Shown here: positions 18,409-52,264 of the stretch, piece after piece
Layout: every line of letters starts with the position of its first letter
How positions within the stretch are numbered: the stretch's first letter is position 1
Assembly: GCF_009914755.1 (NCBI RefSeq)
Contig: NC_060940.1
DNA from: the human T2T-CHM13v2.0 reference genome, Homo sapiens
Direction: 5' to 3' (one strand)
DNA: 64,000 nt
Translations under genes and position numbers: made by a program
Notes under the pieces: generated by a model
What the model saw: the letters and a program-made list of their open reading frames with translations, nothing else
Databases searched by the model: none
What the model was told of the DNA's origin: nothing

Positions 18409-19083
18409 TCAGAACCCCACACTGGTCCGGCCTTCACGCTTCCAGAAAGCTGAGATCTGCTCCAAGGTGACCCGTGGCTGGAGGCCCCACTCAGGATCCG
18501 GGCTCCCTGGCCGCTGCCTCCTGGCCTGGGGGCTCCCAAACTGGACGCTGGCCTCTGGCCTCTGCTCGGGTTCAGCCCAGCTCACCAGGCCTGTGGCGGG
18601 GGGCCTCCCCTCCCAGGGCTGGGGCCCCCAGAAGGTGCTCCGGGCTGGGACCTCCAGTACGGTCTGGGGGCCCAAGTTGCTGGGAGCAGAATTTGGGGCT
18701 GAGGGGGCAGGTGGGGCTGTTGCTCGGGCCTCCAAAGTGCCCACCTGGGTGGGAGGCTCAGGGGCCCGATCTGTCAGCAGGGGGACCGCAGAGCCATACC
18801 AGTCCTCAGAGCGCTCTCGGGCGGTGCCCATGGGCTCAATCCACAGCTCTCCTCCTGGGCGCCACACCAGGGTGGGTGCACGGTGGCTGGGGTCTGGGCG
18901 GAGAGCACGGCGGAACAGGCGTTCAGCCAACACAGCGGTGGTGAGGATGAAGAGCGCAGCCAGGGTGGCCAGGACCAGCATGATGGGGATGCAGGGCCCA
19001 CAGGGCAGTGAGGGCCATGGGGCTGCTTCCCATGCGGGGGGCCCCTCCACGCGCCCAGAGGGCGGCTCTGGAGTCAACGGCAT
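18409..19083 (-). CDS. C16orf54: Transmembrane protein C16orf54 (224 aa)
   Basis: ORF MPLTPEPPSGRVEGPPAWEAAPWPSLPCGPCIPIMLVLATLAALFILTTAVLAERLFRR...EGRTSVGF matches recalled human C16orf54. It has one hydrophobic helix followed by a basic RRALR patch. The ATG directly follows the splice acceptor (ctctcag|ATG). Confidence 0.95.
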   Translation of the reverse strand: MPLTPEPPSGRVEGPPAWEAAPWPSLPCGPCIPIMLVLATLAALFILTTAVLAERLFRRALRPDPSHRAPTLVWRPGGELWIEPMGTARERSEDWYGSAVPLLTDRAPEPPTQVGTLEARATAPPAPSAPNSAPSNLGPQTVLEVPARSTFWGPQPWEGRPPATGLVSWAEPEQRPEASVQFGSPQARRQRPGSPDPEWGLQPRVTLEQISAFWKREGRTSVGF

Positions 19084-20042
19084 CTGAGAGACACAGGGGT
19101 GAGAAGAGGAAGTAAATGAGGCAGAGGGGGCACAACCAAGATGAGAGAGAGGCAGCAGGTGTCCAGGAAAGCCTGGGAGAAGGGCTGGGCATGGGGGCTC
19201 ATGCCTGGAATCCCAGCACTTTGAGAGGTCGAGGCGGGAGGATCACTTGAGCCCAGGAGTTCAAGACCAGCCTGGACACACAGTGAAACCTCATCTCTAA
19301 AAATAATTTAAAAACTAGCTGGGTGTGGTGGCTCACACCTGTAGTCCCAGCTACACAGGAAGCTGAGGTGGGAGGATTACTTGAGCCCAGGAGTTTGAAG
19401 CTGCAGTGACCCCAGATTGCACCACTGTCCTCCAGCCTGGGCAATAGAGCAAGACCCTTTCTCAAAAATGAAAAAGAACATTCTGGAGAGACAGAGAAGC
19501 AAGAGGGACCAGAAAGGGTAAGCGTGAGCCAGGTGGGGTGGGAGGACAGGCAGCCTACCTCGGGGCACAGCCAGGCCCTCCTGCCTGGCTCTCCAGGCCT
19601 TTCCAGAATCCCCATTTCCCTCCCAGACCCCAGGGTGCCTCAGACAAGAAAGGTCTCAAGGGCTTCTTTCCTCCCCACTCGGCCCCCTCAAGTCTTGCTC
19701 AGACCTAGAGAGGAAGTGGTGGGTGAAGAAATGAGAACCTCCCCTCCCACTGGCTCCCCTGCGTATGTCTCCCCCACCGCCTGCCGCCAGCACCTCCGCT
19801 GGCCCCTTGAGGCTCCTTCGCCCCTCACCATTCTCCTCGGACTTGATCTTGCTCTCATAGGCTCCACGGAATCTGCTGCCGGGCCGGGCCGGGCCAGGCC
19901 TCCGGAGGCGCCTCTGCACCCCTCCTGGGCTCCCCAGCTTTGCCCAGGCTCTGGCCTGTCTCTATCTCTCGTTTGTCTCTGCACACCTCTCTGTCCCCCA
20001 CATCCTCCATCTGCAGGGGGCCTCCTGCACCCCTCAACTCAC

Positions 20043-20125
20043 CTTGGGTCAGTCCCTGGGCTCCTCTCCCTCCTAGAGCCACTCTTCCTGGTGCTGGACT
20101 AAGAGGTGCAGGCTTGGAGGGTGCA
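20043..20125 (-). other. C16orf54: C16orf54 non-coding exon 1 (5' end approximate)
   Basis: Minus-strand donor CCAAG|GTGAGT at 20043/20042 pairs with the acceptor at 19084-19085 (intron 19084-20042). Confidence 0.7.
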
Positions 20126-20400
20126 GGGCGGTCCGCCTCTCAGACGTAGAGGCCCGGCCTCGGATGAAGGCGGAAGGGAGGGCACCGCCTGTTGCTGGGC
20201 AACTGTGCCCCAACTCGTCTGCCCCTGGGGAGTGTTTGTTTCCAAAGCAACCCAAGGGGATGTGGTCACTGCGGTGAGGAGGCTTTTCCTGGGGTAAGGT
20301 GGGGCTGGAATGGGCAATGGTTCTGTTGAACTTAGTGTCACCCCATAGCCAGGCCCTGAGCCCCAGAACATTCACCGAAAAGCTGAGAAAGAGGACGCCG
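20120..20400 (-). promoter_or_regulatory. C16orf54: C16orf54 TATA-less promoter
   Basis: GC box GGGCGG 20126-20131, ETS-like CGGAAG near 20172, paired RUNX motifs TGTGGT 20261-20266 and TGCGGT 20270-20275. PU.1-type GAGGAAGTG in intron 1 at 19710-19718. Function is inferred. Confidence 0.55.
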
Positions 20401-20721
20401 GGGCCAGGCACAGTGGCTCACCCCTGTAATCCCAGCATTTTGGGAGGTCAAGGTGGGCAGGTCACCTGAGGTCAGGAGTTCGAGACCAGCCTGCCAACAT
20501 GGCGAAACCCCATCTCTACTGAAAAATACAAAAATTAGCTGGGCATGGTGACGGGCACTTGTAATCTCAGCTGCTCAGGCGGCTGAGGCAGGGAGAATCG
20601 CTTGAACCCGGGACTCGGAGGTTGCAGTGAGCTGAGATCGTGCCACCACACTCCAGCCTGGGCAACAGAGTGAGACTCCGTCTTAAAAAAAAAGAAAAGA
20701 AAAGAAAAGAAAAAGAAATAG

Positions 20722-21111
<390 letters not shown>

Positions 21112-21821
21112 TGAGGCTTGGGTAACAAAAATGTCAAGCCTCTGAGAGGAGTCCAGGGTATAAAAACAGGCGTGGGCCTGTTTCCAAAACCCTGACCATC
21201 CTCATGTCTGTCCCTCTTTCCTGCTGCTGAGGGTGGGAGGAGCCTGGAGCAGAGTGTGACAAGATGTCATCAGGCTCTGGAGTCCAGGTGACTTTCTGAG
21301 ATTCTCTAGTTTGACTCATCCACAGATGACAAAAGTAAGGCTTAAAGAAAAGAGATTTCATGACCAAAGTCGCATGACCAATGTATGTGTGGGTGAGCAT
21401 GTAGTGGCCAGGGTGGTGGAAGAATAGATAGAAATCCCTGGGCTGGGCGAGGTGGCTCATGCCTGTAATCCCAGCACTTTGGGAGACCGAGGCGGGTGGA
21501 TCACCTGAGGTCAGGAGTTTGGGAGCAGCCTGGCCAACATGGCAAAACCCCGTCTCTACTAAAAATACAAAAATTAGCCGGGCGTGGTGCCGCACGCCTA
21601 TGATCCCAACTACTCAGGAGGCTGAGGCAGGAGAATCGCTTGAACCCGGTGCAGTGAGCCGAGATCGTGCCATTCCACTCCAGCCTGGGCAACAGAGCGA
21701 GACTCTGTCTCAAAATAAATAAATTAAATAAATAAATGAATGAAAAGACAGTCTCCGTCAGACTGCCCCATCCTGGTGGTTTTGAGCCCTGCTGGGAGGA
21801 GCTGGAGATGGAGAGTCCGGG

Positions 21822-24183
<2,362 letters not shown>

Positions 24184-24199
24184 GGGGGAAGCTAAGGCT

Positions 24200-33095
<8,896 letters not shown>

Positions 33096-33209
33096 CTAGG
33101 AGGATCCCTTCAGCCCAGGAGTTTGAGGCTACAGTGAGCTATAATCATGCCATTGTACTCCAGCCTGGGTGACAACATGAGACCCCAAAAGGAGAAAGAG
33201 AGTGAGAGA

Positions 33210-33274
33210 GGAAGGAAGGAAGGAAGGAAGGAAGGAAGGAAGGAAGGAAGGAAGGAAGAAAAGAAAGAAAGAAA

Positions 33275-33330
<56 letters not shown>
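33210..33330 (+). repeat. Compound (GGAA)12-(GAAA)n microsatellite from an Alu tail
   Basis: 12 consecutive GGAA (33210-33257) followed by a GAAA array. Confidence 0.95.
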
Positions 33331-33374
33331 GCAGAGAAAGAATATTAGCTGGGCATGGTGGCATGTACCTGTAG

Positions 33375-33920
<546 letters not shown>

Positions 33921-34378
33921 TAATTTTTGTATTTTTAGTAGAGACGGGGTTTCACCATGTTGTCCAGGATGGTCCTGATGTCTTGACCTCATGATCCACC
34001 TGCCTTGGCCTCCCAAAGTGTGAGATTACAAGAGTGAGCCACTGCGCCCAGCCAAAATATTGTTTTAAATTAGCCAGATGTGGTGGCACACACCTATATT
34101 CCCAGCTACTTTGGAGGCTGAGGTGGGAGGATCACTTGAGCCTAGGAGTTTGAGGCTGCAGGGAGCTATGATCGCACCAGCGTACTCCAGCCTGGGCAAC
34201 AGAGAAAGACCCTGTCTCAAAAAAAAAACCAAAATAGTTATGCTCCTTGGAGTTGTGTCCTTGGCACTCTTGGTTCCTGAGTCTATATGGCGGGTTTTTG
34301 TTTGTTTGTTTGTTTTTGAGATGGAGTCTCACTCTGTTGCTGAGGCTGGAGTGCAGTGGCTCCGTGTCGGCTCACTGA

Positions 34379-35146
<768 letters not shown>

Positions 35147-35166
35147 CTCGACTTCAAGGGTTCTCA

Positions 35167-35938
<772 letters not shown>

Positions 35939-35964
35939 TTAAAAAAAAAAAAAAAAAAAGAAAC

Positions 35965-36834
<870 letters not shown>

Positions 36835-36967
36835 TTAGAATCAGCATCATCAAGGCCAGGCGCACTGGCTCGCCTGTAATCACAACACTTTGGGAGGCCG
36901 GGTGGATTACCTGAGGTCAGAAGTTCGAGACCAGCCTGGCCAATATGATAAAACCCCGTCTCTATTA

Positions 36968-37129
<162 letters not shown>

Positions 37130-37169
37130 TCACACACACGTACACGATAAAAGGAATCAGCAGCATCAG

Positions 37170-37555
37170 GATCTCCTACCCCCTGCCCCTGGCAATTACC
37201 CATCTGCTTTCTGTCCCTGTGGCTGTATCTATTCTAGACGTTTCACATGAGTGGAATCCTGCCCTGTCATCCTTTGTGCCTGGCTGGGTTCCGGTGGCCT
37301 GATGCTTCATGGTTCACCCATGCGACTGCACGGCTCCTTGTCCATGGCATGGATAGACTGCATTTTGTTTATTCATTAGTTGATGGATATGTGGGTTGTT
37401 TCCACTTTTTCGCTGTTACAAGTAATCCTGCTATGAAAATTGATGTCCCAGTTTTTGTGTGGACATATATTTTCAGTTTATCTTGGGTATATACCCAGGA
37501 GTAGAATGCTGGGTCATATGGTAAATCTATGTTTAACTTTTTGAGGAACTGTGGG
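37170..37555 (-). mobile_element. Old L1M 3' end fragment
   Basis: CCCCTGGCAATTACCCATCTGCTTTCTGTC...TTGATGGATATGTGGGTTGTTTCCAC...GCTGGGTCATATGGTAAATCTATGTTTAACTTTTTGAGGAACTG. Confidence 0.8.
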
Positions 37556-38192
37556 TGGCCCAATTTACAACTGCTAAGTTCATCCACTTCTTACTTTCTC
37601 CACGGAACTCACACTTACAGCAGTGATAGCTTTCACACCTCCCTCGTCCGCACTGTTAAACACTACCACAAATCAGGCTACTGGGAAAAGCCTGGAGGCC
37701 ACCAGCCTCCTGCAAGAAAAGCACCAGCAGGCTGGGCACAGTGGCTCACGCAGTGGCTCATCCCAGCACTTTGGGAGGCGGAGGCACGCGGATCACCTGA
37801 GGTCAGGGGTTTGACATCAGCCTGGCCAACATGGCAAAACCCTGTCTCTACTAAAAATACAAAAATTAGCCGGGCAGGTGGTGGGCACCTGTAATCCCAG
37901 CTACTCAGGAGGCTGAGGCAAGAGAATCGCTTGAACCTGGGAGATGGAGGTTGCAGTGAGCCAAGATCACGTCACTGCACTCCAGCCTGGGTGACAGAGC
38001 AAGACTCCCTCTCTCTAAAAAAAAAAGGAAAAAGGAAAAGCACCAACACAGGTGACGCAGGTCCTCTAGGAGACCGTGTCTGGTTCTCTTCCTGCCACAC
38101 GCATGCCACTCATGCCGCTGAAGCCAAAACACCTCCTCCTATGTGACCAGAATTCTGGGTCATTTTATGATTTCTTTCTTTTTTTAAATTAA

Positions 38193-38345
<153 letters not shown>

Positions 38346-38516
38346 TAGGGACAAGGTCTTGCCCTGCTACCCAAACCAGAGTGCAGTGGTACGATCTCGG
38401 CTCACTGCAGCCATAACCTCCTAGGCTTAAGTGATCCTTCCACCTCAGCCTCCCAAAGTGCTGGGATTACAGGCGTGAGCCACCACAGTAGACCTCCTTT
38501 TTGTTTTATTTTTTAG

Positions 38517-38801
<285 letters not shown>

Positions 38802-39165
38802 TAAAGTCAGAGCTGAGCTCAGGAGAGTTCCGTCACTCGCCAAGACTGGCCAGGTCTCTTCTGTCCTTGGCTGTCAAGATTCCAAACTTGAGAAGTGAGA
38901 AAAACAATGGGAATGAGTTAGAAAGGTCCCAAGTGCCACCTTTCTGAAGGAATTCCAGGGTGGAACAAGCTGGGTTTTGCAGCCAGTTAGCCCTAAGATT
39001 AAATCTGAGCTTCTCTGTTTAATAGCTGTGAGAGTCTTAGCAACTACTTAATTTGGGTGGGTCTGAATTTCTATTTTTCACTAATTCCCAGCGTGAATGG
39101 CTGTCAGGGGGGTAATAGTTTATTTATTTATTTTTATTTAATTTAATTAATTAATTTATTTTTGA

Positions 39166-39402
<237 letters not shown>

Positions 39403-40062
39403 TAAAGTGCTGGGATTACAGGCGTGAGTCATTGCACCCGGCCTGGATAATACTAGTTTAGATAAACCACTTCATAAAGTGGGTATGCAATGCTTTGTTT
39501 CCTCTCACCTTGACCCAGCATTGCTTGTCATCTCTGAAAGACCACAAAGAGACCTGCCCCTCCACTTCAGGGACCCACTTGAAACCTGGTCACCATCCAG
39601 GCTTGCTCTGCCTTGGCCATCAGGTTCCCTGGGCACCAAGCCTCTCTTTTCTCCCGCTGCACTTGCCAGCCCGTCTGACAGCACTGGATCCTGCACCCTG
39701 GAGTCCGTTTGGACTCACCTGCCCTGACCTTACTTGGCTTCCTCTGTGATGTTGACTTTATCGACCGCTTTTGCCAGCCTGGTCTGTCGGCCACACCCTA
39801 CCCATAAATCTTCTACCTTGGATCTATACAACTGCCTCCCTTTTGTCCTGTCCCCAGGGTAGTGAGCCCTCCAGGGCCTGCAGCCCCAGCTGTACTGATC
39901 CTTTTCTCCTGAAGCAAAGGAAGATGTGTTCATAGTGTACCCACTGCTGATCTTTCTCCTCTGTCCAAACATCTCCAGTCCTGTGCTACTGCCCTGGACA
40001 TAATCGTTTATTTTGTTTTTTTGTTCTTTTTTTTTTTTTTGACACAGAGTCTCACTCGGTAG

Positions 40063-40371
<309 letters not shown>

Positions 40372-40935
40372 TAAGCACATTTTAATATGTCTTGTATTTT
40401 TTTTTTTTTTTTTGAGCGGAGTCTTGCTCTATTGTCCAGGCTGGAGTGAGTGGTACAGTAGCGGCTCATAGCAACCTCTGCCTCCCGGGTTCAAGCGATT
40501 CTCCCTGCCTCAGCCTCCCGAGTAGCTGGGATTACAGGCTCCCGCCACCATGCCCGACTAATTTTTGTATTTTTAGTAGATGCAGGGTTTCACTATGTTG
40601 GTCAGGCTAGTCTTGAACTCCTGACCTCAGGTGATTCGCCCGCCTCGGCCTCCCAAAGTGCTGGGATTACAAGTGTGAGCCACCACGCCTGGCCCTAACC
40701 TGATGTTTTTATCAGCATCTGTAAGATAAGACTTCAGGAACTGGTAGATTCTGCAGGAGTAACATGGGGTGCCCATAGAGAAGGGGCCCTCTTATGACCA
40801 CAGCATTTACCATAACCTGTGTAATGGGCATATTCAGTGGGTGAATATTCCTGTCACCACAAACCCAGTTGCACATGACTTGTATACAAAGCATATCAGC
40901 TGCTTCACCAGGGGTGCTCCAATTGGCGTTTATAG

Positions 40936-41169
<234 letters not shown>

Positions 41170-41573
41170 TGAGATGGGATTTCATCATGTTGCCCAGGCT
41201 GGTCTTGAACTCCTAAGCTCAAGTGATCCACCCACCTCAGCCTCCTAAAATGCTAGGATTACAAGCGTGAGCCACTGTACCTGGCCAACACACTTAGCAG
41301 TGGCTTTTATCCACTCCACCAGGCTATGAGCATGCTGGCCCTTCATGAATATTCATAGGTCCTCTTATAACCTGTTGAATACGTACACCTTGTCAACCCA
41401 TTCAGCATAAATTCCTGTCTCATCTTTCTCTCCCTCAAAATGATCTATGCCAGAGGCTACACTTCCCAGCTTGTCAAGATGGCCACCCTACCACCGCAAC
41501 CCCTGATAGGAAATAATGTCTCCTCTCCAAATTTGTAGATATCTGTGTTTGTTTGTTTGTTTGTTTTTCCTGA

Positions 41574-41780
<207 letters not shown>

Positions 41781-42451
41781 TGACCTCAAGTGATCTGCCT
41801 GCCTTGGCCTCCTGAAGTGCTGGGATTACAGGCATGAGCCACCGTGCCTGGCCAGATCTCCAGATTTTAAGTTGATGCCTTAGAATATCACATTGTCGTA
41901 TGTTCTAGACAGTGATCACTCTTCTGAGGAGGAAAACTAATAAAGGGAACAAAGGGCAAATAAATTAAACAAAGGTCAAAACCAAAGCATTGCAGTTGCA
42001 AAGCAATTCAGTAGGAGATGTGGAAATTGTGAAGCAGAAACTCCAAAGTTAAACAAAGTTACCATGTAAATTACACCACAATAAAAACAAACAAACAAAC
42101 AAAAAACAGAAAGTTAAAACCAGGAGCTTCAGTTGTCCAAATCAATGGACATAAAATTCTTCTTCCAGTCTTATGATGCATTTGACAAGATCTCCAGTAT
42201 CTACTCAAGTTAACCCATGAAATATAGCTAATGGTAGATGAGTAAGATAAAGGCTGTCCAGATCTTTATCTGAAAGAGGCCGAAAAGAAAGACCAGAGTA
42301 TTTCGTGAAAATCTGAAGGGAGAATAAAAATTTCACTTACTACCTACCACGTGCCAGGCCTGTACCAGGGGGTTGAAAAAAATTGGTGGGTCTTATTATC
42401 TCCAATTTACAGATGAAAAAACTGAAGCTCCAGGCCGGGCACAGTGGCTCA

Positions 42452-43624
<1,173 letters not shown>

Positions 43625-45073
43625 CTAGGAAACATAGCAGTGGGTTTTGTAAGGTGGGAATAAGGAAATAGAGCAATAAGGAAAAACCTCGTTATTCCAG
43701 GTTACTTTTTTGGGATGGGTTGGAGCAGAGGGGAGCTTCTTATTATGCTGGAATTTGTTTTCAGGAGGAAAAACCTGGTCTGTTTTGGGGTCTCTCTGCT
43801 TTCTTTGAAGTTTGAGTTTGATTATGTAGCATTTAGCATGGGTGACTCCATTTTGGTTTGGTCTTTTGGGGTCTAGTTCAGGAGCTCAGGCCAGAAAAAC
43901 AGCCTCCCATAACTTTACTTAACATCTCTTTATAACATTCTGTCCACAAATGCTTGGTACGTGGCTATAGGTTTCTGGCTTAAAAAATGATTAACAATGT
44001 ACCCTTACCTACCCTGAATCTGAGCCCCTGCAGCCTCTCTCATACTACTGTGGCCACCCAAGCTGCCCTGAGGTTTCCCAACCAAGGTGGCTCACATCCG
44101 TATTCCCAGCACTTGGGAGGCTGACGTGGGAGGATCACTTGAGCCCAGGAGTTCAAGACCAGCCTGAGCAACACAGTGAGACTTCATCTCTACAAAAAGT
44201 AAAAATGCAAAAATTTGCTGGGGGTGGTCCCAGATTCTTGGGAGGCTGAGGTGGAAGGATCAATAGAGCCCAGGAGGTTGAGGCTACAGTGAGCTGTAAT
44301 AGTGGCACTGCACTCCAGCCTGAGGTACAGAGTGAGACCCTGTCTCAAAAAAGAAAAAAATAAATAAAAGTGAATAAGAAAGCAAAGAAAACCCAATACA
44401 AACCCTGCAAGAAGAGAGACAGAGAGGTGAGGAAAGACAAAGGAGGAACGGTTCATAGAAGTCTCGTTGTAGCCTGGGCCCAAGGTGCTGTATTCATTGG
44501 ATAACCATCCACGGATGCTTACTCTGTACCAGGTGTGATGCCAGATGCTGGGAATTTGGAGATGACTGAGTCATGGCCCCTGCCTGAGAATGAGCTCTCA
44601 GTTTAGTGGAGAAGGCTTACATGTAAACATATAAATTATAGTGCAGGGTAATTAGAACCATAATAGAGTAATGTAGGAAACACACAGAAGCCAAAGAAAG
44701 GAATGATGAATTCTATTTGAAGAGGAGGAGCTGGGAGGAGAAGAGAGCTGAGGCCTTCCTGTGAGAAGGGTGGGTGGTGGTGCAGGCTGGTGGTGGTCCC
44801 CTCTGAATAACCTGGAGGTTGCCAGGTGGGCAGAAGGAGGAGAGCATTTTAGGCAGCTGGAGTGTGCATGGGCAGAGTTGAAGATTAGCAATTGCAGGTC
44901 ACTGTGGGCGGAGAGCAGGACTCCCCTTGGCAACCTGGTGAAGTCACTTCTGCCCATTACTTTATTCATTGGAACAACTAAGAGTGAACAGAAAAGCAGC
45001 GCTCATGCCGTCAGACCCTTCTTCCAAATGAAAACGTGCACCAAGGCCCAGTGTATAAATAGGAAGCAGATAA

Positions 45074-45779
<706 letters not shown>

Positions 45780-46649
45780 TAATTTTTGTATTTTTAGTAG
45801 AGACAAGGTTTCACCATGTTGGTCACGCTGGTCTCGAACTTCTGACCTCAAAGATCTGCCTGCCTTGCCCTCCCAAAGTGCTGGGATTATAGGTATGAGC
45901 CACAGTGCTCAGCCCTCAAATAATTTTTTTAAATTAGTTTTTTAGTTTTTGTGGGGATGGGTGGGGGGGGTCTTGCCATGATGACCAGGCTGGTCTCAAA
46001 CTCCTGGCCTCAAGCTATCGTCCTGCCTTGGCCTCCCAAATTGCTAGGATTACAGGCATGAGCCACAGGTGTCGGAAACCTTCTGGATGGGGGTGGAGAG
46101 GCAGATCCCCACCACAGGTCTGAAATTGCATCAAAACTTTGAAAAGAGGGCAAAGCTGCTTCACCTGAGAGAGGGAGGAGCTTTCAGGGGAATTCTAGAT
46201 GGGAGGGGAGAAGGTCACACCACATCTGCCATGCCTGTCTCCACTCTTACCCTGCCCAAGTCCCTCCTCCACTTTATCAAAATCAGGAGAGAGCAATCCT
46301 TCTAAAATGCAAATATGAGCATGTACCCCTCTGTTCAAAACCCTTCCATGTCTCCCCTCACTGTGAGAAAAGAAGCCAAACTCCTCCAGGCCGGGTGCGG
46401 TGGCTCACACACCTGTAATCCCAGCACTTTGGGAGGCCGAGGCAGGCGGATCACGAGGTCAGGAGTTCGAGACCATCCTGCCAACATGGCGAAACCCCGT
46501 CTCTACTAAAAATACAAAAATTAGCTGTGCGTGGTGGCGCATGCCTGTAATCTCACCTACTTGGGAGGCTGTGGCAGGAGAATCGCTTGAACCAGGGAGT
46601 CAGAGGTTGCAGTGAGCTGAGATTGCATCACTGCACTCCAGCCTGGTGA

Positions 46650-48037
<1,388 letters not shown>

Positions 48038-48207
48038 GCTCCTTGAGGTCGGCTGTTGACTCTTTTCTTCATTGCTGTCTCTTCAGCGTCTAGAATGGTA
48101 CCTCCAATGTAGAGATGCTTGATAAACGTGTTGAGCCGGGCACAGTGGCTCACGCCTGTAATCCTAGCACTTTGGGAGGCTGAGGGTGGATCAAGAGGTC
48201 AGAGTTA

Positions 48208-48498
<291 letters not shown>

Positions 48499-49105
48499 TC
48501 ACGCGTGCAGGCCCGGGAACGGGATGAGGTTTAAGGCAACTTCATCTAGAGTTTAAAAGGGGCAGGTAGGCCCACAGCTGGCACGTGGGTTAAATGTAAA
48601 GTGGCTCAAACAGGATCTGATAAGGCAGAAGCAGAGATGGGGGCCTGGTGTCTCACTGCCTTCACGTTCTTCCTTCTGCCTCAGTCCCCACATGAGAGTG
48701 CACCCTAGAGGTGCCAGCATTAGCGATAGGGCAGCTTTCCTTGTTTCTGGGATGGACAGAAAATGGGCCTTGAGACCCCTCCCATCATAGGAAAGCATCT
48801 CTTGCACTCTGGAGACTGAGGACTTGCTATAGTGGAACAAGAAGCAGTCTTCGGCAATGGAGGAGATGCTGGATCTCCATACAGGCAGGGTGGGTGCAAC
48901 GGAGTGGAGCTGTGGCAAATGTGGGTGCCTCTGTCCTGAGGGTCCTGGATGTGTCATGCCTGGGAACATGAGGGCGTTCTTCCAAGGTGCCCATCTCGAC
49001 CTCTCTGAGCTGCCATCTTTGACTTCCTGTGTTTGGTCACAGACTAGGGGTGGTCTGTCCCTAAACAGAAGAAGACAAGCAAGGATTAGAGAGGAGAAAG
49101 AGCTA

Positions 49106-49468
<363 letters not shown>

Positions 49469-49527
49469 CTATCTCAAAAAAAAAAAAGAAAAAAGAAAAA
49501 AAGGCCGGGTGTGGTGGCTCACGCCTA

Positions 49528-50070
<543 letters not shown>

Positions 50071-50719
50071 CTATCTGGGATGAGTCATTGGCCCCAGATG
50101 GTAAACCTGTGAGGGGTGGGGTGCTCTGAATGCCTGACTAGTCATTTATAATTGAGAGCACTTATTCCAGCCCCTTCTGGTCCTCCATCCTTCCCTCTTC
50201 TTGGACCTCCTGATTCAGAGAGGTCAGAGGGCCAGTCCAGGAGGGGTCAGGCACTAGGTCCCTGGAGTCAGTCTTAGGGATTTTAGGCAGAGAGGAATCA
50301 GTCCTGAAAATGAAGGGCATACAGAGAAAAAAAAAACTATGACATCACCCCTGGGGGTGTTACAGACCTAAGAAAGAAGCAATGGCCCTGGGCGGCCTAC
50401 AGCCCCAGGAAGATTCAGCCATGGTACCCAGGAGACTTGAGGGCCCAAAGCCCAGAATTACCCCCAGAGGAACACCTGTAGACCTTCGGATCCTTAGCTT
50501 TGCACTTCCCATTGGACTGACTCTGTTTCCTGTGGGGCAATAGGCACGTGTTCACTGTGCACCTGCAGCCCCAGTCATCCTTCTCAGAGAGAAATGGTTT
50601 GGGAAGTGTTTGGCATATTGGGGATAAATAGATGAGTGGATAGAAAAAAAAATGCAGGCCAGGCACAGTGGCTCACGCCTGTAATCCCAGCACTTTGGGA
50701 GGCCGAGGTGGGCGGATCA

Positions 50720-50962
<243 letters not shown>

Positions 50963-52264
50963 TTACAGCAAAATATTAACCATAGTAGAATCTATACAGT
51001 GGTTATATAAGTGTCCACTATACAATTCTTTTTTTTTTTTTCCTTTTTTTGAGACTTGATGTTTCGATCATGGCTCACTGCAACTTTGACCTCCTCAGCT
51101 CAAGTGATCCTCTTGCCTCAGCCTCCTGACTAGCTGGGATCACAGGTGTGCACCACCATGCCTGGCTAATTGTTTTATTTTTTGTAGAGACGAGATCTCC
51201 CTATGTTGCCCATGTTGGTCCTGAACTCCTGAGCTTAAGCAGTCCTCCTGCTTTGACCTCTCAAAGTGCTGGGATTACAGCCATGAGCCACTGCACCCAG
51301 TCTTGCTATACGATTCTTTTTTTTTTTTTTTTTTTTTTTGAGATGGAGTCTCACTCTGTCGCCCAGGCTAGAGTGCAGTGGAGTGATCTCAGCTCACTGC
51401 AACCTCTGCCCCTCAGGTTCAAGTGATTCTCCTGCCTCAGTCTCCTGACTAGCTGGGATCACAGGCACCTGCCATCACACCCAGCTACTTTTTGTATTTT
51501 TAGTACAGATGGGGTTTCGCCATGTTGGCCAAGCTGGTCTCAAACTCCTGACCTCAGGTGATCCAGCTGCCTCAGCTTCCCAAAGTGTTGGATTATGGGT
51601 GTGAGCCACTGGGCCCAGCCACTGTACAATTCTTTAAACTTTTATATGTGTTTGGATTTTTCATAATATTAGAAAAGGGAAAGAAAAAAATGTCTGGCAA
51701 ATAGTCAGCACTCGTAAGTATAAGATTTTGGGAATATATTCCCTTCTGGGAGAATCCACATTTCGAATGCCTGGGAAGGGCTCTGTTTGTCCTGACAGAT
51801 GGCAGATTTCAGGTGAGAGCACCTACTAAGCCTAGAGGTGATAAGCTACTTTGCCCACCTAGAGCTGCTGGTGGTGACCTTAAGTTTACTATGTTTCTCC
51901 TGGTATACGGCACTTGGCCCAGAGTGGACTCCAGCTTGCCACCTGTCACCCAGGCTGGAGTGCAGTGGCGTGATCTTGTCTCACTGCAGCCTCAACGTCC
52001 TGGGCTCAGGCGATCTTCCCTACCTCCCTCCTGATTAGTTGAGGCTACAGGTGCTCGTCACCATGCCCGGCTAATTTTTGTTTTTGTTTTTTGTTTTGGT
52101 AGAGATGGGGTCTCACACTCTTGCCCAGGCTGAGCTAGAACTCCTGGCCTCAAGCCATCTGCCTCTGCCTCCCAAAGCATTGTAATGACAGGTGTGAGTC
52201 ACCATGCCCAGCCAGGAACTCAGAGAATCTTACCCTATGCTGTAGTATCTGTTGACTATGGGGT

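Noticed and set aside
18467-19087. 206-aa plus-strand ORF (and the 156-aa ORF) overlapping C16orf54
   Set aside because: Antisense shadow of a GC-rich CDS with a non-ATG start and no recognisable domain.
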